Shown here: one piece after another, positions 29,356 through 36,800 of the stretch | How the letters are laid out: every line of letters begins with the position of its first letter | Numbering within the stretch: the stretch's first letter is position 1 | Source: Nonlabens sp. Hel1_33_55 | Lineage (GTDB): Bacteria; Bacteroidota; Bacteroidia; Flavobacteriales; Flavobacteriaceae | Reading direction: 5' to 3' | Assembly (NCBI RefSeq): GCF_900101765.1 | Contig: NZ_LT627735.1 | Location: 2,331,344 to 2,395,343, forward strand | Length of the DNA stretch: 64,000 bases | Position numbers and translations under genes: made by a program | Notes under the pieces: model-generated | The model's input: the letters and a program-made list of their open reading frames with translations, nothing else | Databases searched by the model: none | What the model was told of the DNA's origin: nothing

Positions 29356-30069
29356 ATGAACATATTCAAACGACTTTTCAAAATAGGACAGGCAGAAGCA
29401 AACGCAGCTGTCAACAACATGGAAGACCCAATCAAAATGACCGAACAAGGAATTCTTGATATGAAGGAAGACCTGAATAAAAGCGTAGAGGCAATGGCTC
29501 AAGTAAAAGCACTAGCTATACGCTCCAAAAATGACAAGGAAGAACATGCTGCTACCGCAAAGGATTATGAGCAAAAGGCTATAATTATTCTAAAGAAAGC
29601 CCATAGTGGCGAGATGGATACTACAGCAGCAGATCGACTTGCTAAAGAAGCGCTAGCCAAAAAAGAGGCAGCACAACTTAATGTAGAGCGTGCCCAGAAG
29701 GAAAGTGAGAAATTTGAGAATAACGTGGCTCAATTGAAGTCAACTATTGACACGATCAAATCTAATATCACCAACTGGGAGAATGAATTAAAGACATTGA
29801 AAGCGCGTGTCAAAGTAAGCGATGCAACCAAAAATGTCAATAAACAAATGGCAGAACTTGACAGCACTGGCACTGTGAGCATGCTTGAGCGTATGAAGGA
29901 AAAGGTAGCTCAAGACGAAGCACTTGCTGAAGCCTACAGCGACATGGCTGGATCAAGAACAAGTGTTGATGACGAAATCGACGCTGCGGCAGACACCAAA
30001 CAAGCTAAAGTGGATGACGACCTTGCCAAATTAAAAGCACAATTGGGCATCAAGAAGGATGAAGCATAA
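29356..30069 (+). CDS. pspA: PspA/IM30 family protein (phage shock protein A homolog)
   Basis: MNIFKRLFKIGQAEANAAVNNMEDPIKMTEQGILDM matches the PspA N-terminus (MGIFSRF...NALLDKAEDPQKL). It is a 237-aa coiled-coil protein. Confidence 0.8.
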   Translation: MNIFKRLFKIGQAEANAAVNNMEDPIKMTEQGILDMKEDLNKSVEAMAQVKALAIRSKNDKEEHAATAKDYEQKAIIILKKAHSGEMDTTAADRLAKEALAKKEAAQLNVERAQKESEKFENNVAQLKSTIDTIKSNITNWENELKTLKARVKVSDATKNVNKQMAELDSTGTVSMLERMKEKVAQDEALAEAYSDMAGSRTSVDDEIDAAADTKQAKVDDDLAKLKAQLGIKKDEA

Positions 30070-30139
30070 AATGCTTTTGAAGGGATTGGCAACAATGTCA
30101 GTCTAAGCGTGTAAAAACCTAACCATTAACAACCAACCA

Positions 30140-30853
30140 TTGGAAAACTATTTCAACATTCTATTTTCTGAAGTCAACATCACGCTTACCGTGCTGCTGC
30201 TCATCCTTATTGTTTATTGGATTTTTACCATGATCAGCGGTATTGATTTTGACCTGGATGTAGATGTGGACATCGATGTTGATGTGGATGCAGACCTAGA
30301 CATGGATTTTGACAGCATTGAAGGTGGCAACCTTGATTTTGAAGATGTTGCCAATGCAGAAGTGGATCGCGAGCACGTGGTCAACAAACGAACTCGACAG
30401 CTCAAATGGTGGCAAATCATATTGATTTACTTCAATTTTGTGGGTTTGCCGTTCATGTTCACCTTCACGTTTTGGATTTTCTTATGGTGGCTCATGAGCG
30501 TTTTAACAACAGCAGTAACAGGAAGCTATGATAATGTTTTTGGCTTCATTATCGTGCTGGCAGCTCTCATTCCAGCGCTATTTGTGACAAAAATCGTAAC
30601 CACACCATTTAAAGCGTTTTTCAAAAACTTGAATAAAGATGGCGACAAGGCAGTAGACTTTCTAGGCCGCAGCGCTATCTTGATGTCCTCCATTTCAGGA
30701 GATAAGTTGGGCAATGCAGAAGTGCTTGCCGATGGAAATCCCATGAGTATTTACGTCAAGTCGTTGGATGGATCAGAATTACGCTTTCGTGAAAGCGTGC
30801 TCATCATCAAGCAATCGGACGATAAAAATTATTTTTTAGTGAGTAAGGCGTAA
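30140..30853 (+). CDS. NfeD-like (YqiJ/DUF1449) membrane protein with C-terminal OB-fold
   Basis: N-terminal TM segment, an acidic DVDVDID repeat, further TM segments, and a C-terminal beta-barrel (GRSAILMSSISGDKLGNAEVLADGNPMSIYVKS). It sits immediately upstream of the flotillin gene, as in yqiJ-yqiK. Confidence 0.6.
   Translation: MENYFNILFSEVNITLTVLLLILIVYWIFTMISGIDFDLDVDVDIDVDVDADLDMDFDSIEGGNLDFEDVANAEVDREHVVNKRTRQLKWWQIILIYFNFVGLPFMFTFTFWIFLWWLMSVLTTAVTGSYDNVFGFIIVLAALIPALFVTKIVTTPFKAFFKNLNKDGDKAVDFLGRSAILMSSISGDKLGNAEVLADGNPMSIYVKSLDGSELRFRESVLIIKQSDDKNYFLVSKA
30782..30797. repeat. 16-bp palindrome, 15/16 copy in the NfeD CDS (RFRES)
   Basis: CGCTTTCGTGAAAGCG. Confidence 0.8.
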
Positions 30854-30861
30854 TCCATAAA

Positions 30862-30888
30862 GATGTCAGTCTGAGCTTGTCGAAGACG
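30862..30888 (+). repeat. Solo arm of the MITE-like repeat family (GATGTCAGTCTGAGCTTGTCGAAGACG)
   Basis: Exact family consensus, directly after the NfeD stop codon. Confidence 0.7.
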
Positions 30889-30964
30889 TGTCACTAAATA
30901 AAAAGATTAATAAATAATAACAACCGCAGAAACCATTCTGCACAACCATTAATAAAACCAAACT

Positions 30965-33037
30965 ATGGACGGAATTTTAGGAATTATTGTAACAGGACTG
31001 GGAATTCTCCTTTTCCTAGTCATCGTTTACTTCGCGATCATCGCGATGTTTTACAAAAAAGTACATCAAGGACAGGCGCTGGTGCGTACTGGTTTTGGAG
31101 GTACTAAAGTCGCGACAGACAAAGGTTTGTATGTAGTGCCGGTTTTCCACCGTGTGGAGACCATGGATATTTCAGTTAAGAAAATCCAGATTGAGCGTAT
31201 GGGCGTGGAAGGATTGATATGTAAGGATAACATGCGAGCCGATATCAAAGTAGCCTTTTTTGTACGCGTTAATAATGAGGTTGAATACATCAAGAAAGTA
31301 GCACAGACTATAGGTGTGCAGCGCGCTTCTCGCATTGAAACGCTAGAAGATCTTTTTGAAGCCAAATTCTCTGAAGCGCTCAAAACTGTAGGTAAGAAAT
31401 TCCAATTCATTGATTTGTACGAGGCTCGTCGGGAATTTCGCGATGAGATTGTGGATATCATTGGAACAGACTTGAATGGTTACACGCTGGAAGACTGTGC
31501 GATTGACTTTCTAGAGCAAACAAGTGTTGAATTTTTAAAGAAAGACAACATTCTGGATGCAGAAGGTATCAAGAAGATTACCGAATTGACCGCTGCGCAA
31601 AATATCAAGGCCAACTTGATCACTCGTGATGAAGAAAAAACAATTCGCAAGCAAGATGTTGAGGCTCGGGAAGCAATTCTCGAACTGGACAAACAACTCG
31701 CCGAAAAAGAAGAGCAACAAAAACGTGAGATTGCTAACATCAAATCTCGCGAAGACGCAGAAACTCTCAAAGTCGCCGAAGAAGAAAGACTCAAGTCTGA
31801 AACGGCACGCATAGCAACTGAGGAAAAAGTGAAAGTTGCCGAAGAAAACATGCAACGTCAGATTATTGTTGCAGAGAAAAACAAGCAACGTACCGATGCT
31901 GTAGAAACAGAACGCGTAGAAAAAGATCGACTATTAGAAGCAACAGAACGGGAAAGAGTCGTGACTCTGGCACAAATCGAGAAAGAGAAAGTAGTTGAAG
32001 TTGAGAAAAAGAACATCCAGGATGTCATTAGAGATCGCGTGGTTCTTGAAAAAGGAGTAGTTCAGGAGCAGGAAAACATGAAAGACATTGAAGCTTTCAA
32101 ATCTGCCGATCGTGCTAAACAAGTAGCCATTACAAATGCTGAGGCAAAAGCACAAGACGACTTGATCCGTATCACAATTGCTGCAGAGGCCTCTAAACAA
32201 GCAGCTGTTCAAAAAGCAGAGGAAATCAATATCGAAGCTCTTGCTCATAAAGAAGCCAGTGAAAAAGAAGCTGATGCACGTAAAATTCTTGCAGAAGCTA
32301 CCGCTAAAGAAGAAGCAACCGTTGGTTTATCTGAAGCACAAGTAATGCATGCAAAAGCTGAGGCTAGTGAACGTCAAGGAATTGTTGACGCACTGATCAT
32401 CCAGAAAAAAGCTGAAGCAGAGGCAAGCGGAATCACCGCAAAAGCGGCTGCAAAACGTCAAGATGGACTTGCTGAAGCCGAGGTTATCAAAGAAAAAGCC
32501 CTTGCAGATGCTGCTGGAATTGAAGAGAAAGCCAATGCGATGAAGAAACTCGATGGTGTAGGTAAAGATCACGAAGAGTTCAAACTACGTCTGGACAAAG
32601 AACTTCAAGTAGACCTGGCGCAAATCAACATCCAGAAAGATATTGCAGATGCACAAGCACAAGTGATAGGAGATGCATTGAGAGCGGCTAAGATTGATAT
32701 CGTTGGTGGTGAGACCATGTTCTTTGAACAAATCATCGGTCAGATCACTAAAGCCAAAGGTTATGATAGACTCGTGAATCATTCAGAAACGGTTACTGAA
32801 GTAAAAGATGCGATTCTAGGAAGTGGTGACGTGAAAGGGAATTTGCTTGATAAAGTCAAGGACTTTGCAGACCGCTACAACATCAGTTCTGAAGACATTA
32901 AAAACCTAACGATTGCCAATCTATTGATTGATTTACAGGCAAGAGTTGACAATAATGAAGACCAGAACATCTTGACCAACCTTATGAATCTGGCTAAAGG
33001 AATGGGGTTGTCCAATAAGAAGTTGGGTAATATCTAG
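30965..33037 (+). CDS. Flotillin-family SPFH-domain protein (YqiK-like)
   Basis: N-terminal TM segment, an SPFH/band-7 domain (QALVRTGFGGTKV...KVAFFVRV) and a long EA-rich coiled coil; 690 aa. Confidence 0.8.
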   Translation: MDGILGIIVTGLGILLFLVIVYFAIIAMFYKKVHQGQALVRTGFGGTKVATDKGLYVVPVFHRVETMDISVKKIQIERMGVEGLICKDNMRADIKVAFFVRVNNEVEYIKKVAQTIGVQRASRIETLEDLFEAKFSEALKTVGKKFQFIDLYEARREFRDEIVDIIGTDLNGYTLEDCAIDFLEQTSVEFLKKDNILDAEGIKKITELTAAQNIKANLITRDEEKTIRKQDVEAREAILELDKQLAEKEEQQKREIANIKSREDAETLKVAEEERLKSETARIATEEKVKVAEENMQRQIIVAEKNKQRTDAVETERVEKDRLLEATERERVVTLAQIEKEKVVEVEKKNIQDVIRDRVVLEKGVVQEQENMKDIEAFKSADRAKQVAITNAEAKAQDDLIRITIAAEASKQAAVQKAEEINIEALAHKEASEKEADARKILAEATAKEEATVGLSEAQVMHAKAEASERQGIVDALIIQKKAEAEASGITAKAAAKRQDGLAEAEVIKEKALADAAGIEEKANAMKKLDGVGKDHEEFKLRLDKELQVDLAQINIQKDIADAQAQVIGDALRAAKIDIVGGETMFFEQIIGQITKAKGYDRLVNHSETVTEVKDAILGSGDVKGNLLDKVKDFADRYNISSEDIKNLTIANLLIDLQARVDNNEDQNILTNLMNLAKGMGLSNKKLGNI

Positions 33038-33174
33038 GTTGATTTCTAGGGCGCTACACGGTTCTTTCTTTAGAAAGAATCGTGTCGGGCTATCCGCTAT
33101 ATCTTTTAAGCCTTATAGCCTTAAAAGGATACCGCTGCTATCCCTAGCGCGAGAAGCCAAAATATAATATTGAC

Positions 33175-33199
33175 TGTCAGTCTGAGCTTGTCGAAGACG
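33175..33199 (+). repeat. Solo arm of the MITE-like repeat family, upstream flank of the GIY-YIG gene
   Basis: TGTCAGTCTGAGCTTGTCGAAGACG. Confidence 0.7.
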
Positions 33200-33223
33200 G
33201 AATCATTAATCACTAAACCATCT

Positions 33224-33544
33224 ATGAAATTCTATTTTGTCTACATCTTAAAATGCAGCGATGATAGTTTTTACGCAGGTTTTACTTCTAATCTTGACCA
33301 AAGACTTGCAGAACATCAAATGGGTAAATCCGCTGGATATACATCTAAAAGATTACCCTTAGAATTGGTCTGGTTTGAGCAGTTTTTGGATTATCCAGAA
33401 CAAGCAATTCAATGGGAAAAGCGAATCAAAGGCTGGTCAAGGAGAAAGAAACAGGCATTAATCGATGGAAATTGGGACAATTTGATTTTGTTTTCAAAAA
33501 ACTACGCTGAGTATGGAAATAAGATTAAAAGAGTTGAAGATTGA
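33224..33544 (+). CDS. GIY-YIG nuclease family protein (YhbQ/UPF0213-like)
   Basis: FYFVYILKCSDDSFYAGFTSNLDQRLAEHQMG is a GIY-YIG motif. The protein is about 106 aa and is flanked on both sides by repeat-family copies. Confidence 0.7.
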   Translation: MKFYFVYILKCSDDSFYAGFTSNLDQRLAEHQMGKSAGYTSKRLPLELVWFEQFLDYPEQAIQWEKRIKGWSRRKKQALIDGNWDNLILFSKNYAEYGNKIKRVED

Positions 33545-33556
33545 TTCAAATTGAAT

Positions 33557-33660
33557 TGTCAGTCTGAGCTACACCTGTGCTGAGTTTATCGAAGTATCGA
33601 AGACGTTGTAGAAACTAATAAAGATGGTGCAGTCGCACTTCGACAAGCTCAGTGTGACAC
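33557..33660. repeat. Complete MITE-like element (inverted arm pair, left arm with internal duplication)
   Basis: Left arm TGTCAGTCTGAGC[TACACCTGTGCTGAGTTTATCGAAGTA]TCGAAGACG. Right arm GTCGCACTTCGACAAGCTCAGTGTGACAC is the reverse complement of the left arm. Confidence 0.7.
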
Positions 33661-33691
33661 AAACATTGAAAAATGAATATTGATACAACGA

Positions 33692-33775
33692 GATGTCAGT
33701 CTGAGCTTGTCGAAGACGATATAGGGACTAACAAAGCTTTTTAGAAGTCGCACTTCGACAGGCTCAGTGTGACAC
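33692..33775. repeat. Complete MITE-like element (inverted arm pair)
   Basis: GATGTCAGTCTGAGCTTGTCGAAGACG ... GTCGCACTTCGACAGGCTCAGTGTGACAC; 84 bp hairpin-forming. Confidence 0.7.
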
Positions 33776-33805
33776 GAGCATATAAAAAAGAGAAATGAAA
33801 TCGCA

Positions 33806-33831
33806 ATGTCAGTCTGAGCCTGTCGAAGACG
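33806..33831 (+). repeat. Solo arm of the MITE-like repeat family
   Basis: ATGTCAGTCTGAGCCTGTCGAAGACG, about 30 bp upstream of the giant ORF start. Confidence 0.7.
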
Positions 33832-33862
33832 ATTCGAACCAATAAAACTAACTACCATTTCA

Positions 33863-36800
33863 ATGGCAGATAAAGAACTAAAAGACACCACACAACTGGA
33901 CTCTGGAACTTACGAGATCATCCAGAGTCGATTGCTCAAGCAAAAAAATGACTTGCAGCAACGACTCCATGCGCTCAACGAAGAGCGCAAGAAAGTCTTC
34001 GGCTCGCTGGAAACTAGGTTGATTGCAAACGACCGTGTGAATACAGAGAATAACTGTATCGCTCGTGATATTGTGACCATCGGCAAGAACAGCATCTTTG
34101 GTTATAACGTGCACTTTGGATTACGTACAGAGATCAATCTGAGTGATGTTTTTAGTATTTATGAATTTGATCGGGAAGGGAAAGATGGTGATGCATTACG
34201 CTTTCGCGACCTGCCTGCCGGCAGGCAGGAAGCTGGGTCAAGTTTAGAACTCATTGAAGACCCAATCTTTCAAACCGACTTTGAAAATCTTTACAAGTAC
34301 TATCGCAATACCATTTTTTCCAAGTTTGCGATCATAGGGAATTACCTGCACATGGTTTTCCAGCTGAGTGATTCAGTGACGGATATCAAGACCTTTAAGT
34401 GGTTGATAAAAGAAAACGAATTGCAGTATGTGGACAACCGCAGTGAACACGAGTACCGTTTCCCAGCGCAATATGGATTTCAATGGAAAGAAGCTGGACG
34501 TGATAACCAGCGTGCAGGAAAGCACGGCCATGTATCGATTTTAGACAAAGTTTTTGTAGAAACTATAGGTGGTGATTTAACCATTAAAGTAGAAGATAAT
34601 ACAGACGATGGTCAAGGAATCTATCGGGAAGATGTAGAGCACCGCGACCAGACACTCGATGATGGTCAATACCGATATGCAGATTTAGGGAACCTCATCG
34701 TTCTAGAAATCAAACCATTTCAAGAAGAACCGCGTCATTTTGTGTACAACCACAAGATCAAGGAAGTAGAAAAAATTGACAGTATTGCTCAAGCTGCAGT
34801 GCTGTTACCAGACGAGCAAGGAATCATTTTCCCTAGCGGTTATTACTTGCAAACTGGTGAGTACAACGTGTTTCCAAGCGATGCTGGAAAACTAAAATTT
34901 CAGCAAAAAATTGCCTCGCCTAATGGTGAAGATCATTTATACGTTTTCTATAATGCTGCACAAGGATTGTACGTTCTCATGTCGTACAACGTGATTGATC
35001 AATCGGTAAAGACACCTATCGTTTGTAATGGATTTACAATTTTGGAACAAGGTGAGCTGTGCTACTTCCGTAATGGAGATGAGCAGACGAAGCACCACAT
35101 GATGCAAATATGGCAAACCCCTTATTTGAAAGGTGATATTGTACCGTCAGAGCATCAAGATACCATGCTCTATAAAATAGGTAACAAGGACATTGTAAAA
35201 GCAATGGCCGAAGCAAACGAGCTACTGACTCTTTTAAATAAAGAAGACAGCTACGGCGGTTTATATGATGATATCGCTCGTGCCTCAAAAGATATCCTAG
35301 ACGCATACTATTGGCTGCCAGAAGAGGAAACCAAGCAGATCAATCTGCCTCTTGGCGAAATCAACAAAGCATCTAATGCTGCGATTGACGAGTTTGAGAA
35401 AGTCAAGCAAATGCGCAAACAAGCAGCTGCAGAGACTAAGGATATTTCTAAAAAGGCTGAGACGCTATTCAGCAAAATAAAAAGCACGTCGTTCAAATCT
35501 ATTAATGATTTTGTAGAGCTGTTAACTCAACTGCGCAGTTTGCGTGGTGAAGCGATAGGTTTGTATGAAATACGTTATGTAGATACCGATTTCATAAAAG
35601 GAATCGAGGATCAAATCGTGGAGCAAAACGAAGTGATTTCTCGTCGTGCGGTTACCTTTTTGTTAGATGATAAGGCTCTAGCACCTTATCATGAGGCTGT
35701 TGCCGAAAAGCAAAAAGCTCTCGATGCTACTAAAAAGGTTATCGAGATTAAAAACCTTGAAAAGGAGGTCAATCAGATTGCAGAAGATCTGGAGTTACTA
35801 ATAGAAATCGTTTCTAATCTGGATATTGAGGACACGTCGCATTCCACTAAAATTATTGAGAACATCTCCTTGATATTTGCGACCATCAATCAGGTAAAAG
35901 CGGCGATTAAAAACAAGGTGAAAATTGTAGGTAAAAAAGAAGCTCAAGCCGATTTTGCCGCACAGCTGAAGTTGATTGATCAGAGCATTATCAATTACCT
36001 AGACATTGCCAACACGCCAGAAAAGTGTGATGAATTCTTAACTAAAATCTCCATACAGCTAGAAGAGCTAGAAGGAAAGTTTGCGGATTATGATGAGTAC
36101 ATCACAGAAATTATTGCCAAGCGTGAAGAAGTGTATGCCGCTTTTGATAATCGCAAAAGCAGTCTGATAGAAGCGCGTAATAAAAAGGCAATATCCTACC
36201 AAAACGCTGCAGAACGTATTATCAAAGGGGTTCAAAAAAGAGCACAATCACTGGATAGCGCGACAGAAATCAACGGCTATTTTGCCAGTGATTTAATGAT
36301 TAATAAAGTGCGAGACATCATCGCACAATTAAAAGATCTGGAGGACGCTGGAAAAGCCGAAGCCATTGAAACAGCCCTCAAAGTAGCTCGAGAAGATGCC
36401 TTGAGAAAACTCAAGGATAAGAACGAGCTTTATGAGGATGGTGATAACATCATCAAGCTGGGCAAGCATAAATTTGGCGTTAATAAACAACAGCTGGACT
36501 TAACCATAGTCTTCAAGGATAATGCGCTGTTTTATCATCTTACAGGGACCGATTTCTATCAGGAATTACACAATGAGATCCTGACGCAATCCAAAGGAAT
36601 CTGGAATCAAGAATTGGTTTCAGAAAACTCTGAAGTCTATCGGGCGGCTTATCTCGCCTACTCTATCTTTAAAACTGGAGACAAAGAAGCTTTGAGAATG
36701 ATGAGTCCTACAGATTTGCTATTGCGCGTGCAGGAAATAGCGAGCGGCAACTATTCTGGCGGTTATGTGAAAGGTGTTCACGATCACGACACAGCACAGA

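Noticed and set aside
31066-32782. Antisense ORFs inside the flotillin gene (31066..31461, 31480..31851, 31535..31888, 31934..32248, 32327..32572, 32585..32782)
   Set aside because: These are shadow ORFs opposite a strongly supported coding region. They have low complexity (S/F/C-rich) and no start context.
33649-33891. 80-aa minus-strand ORF spanning the MITE-like repeats
   Set aside because: It is entirely composed of repeat-element sequence between the GIY-YIG gene and the giant ORF, with no coding signal.
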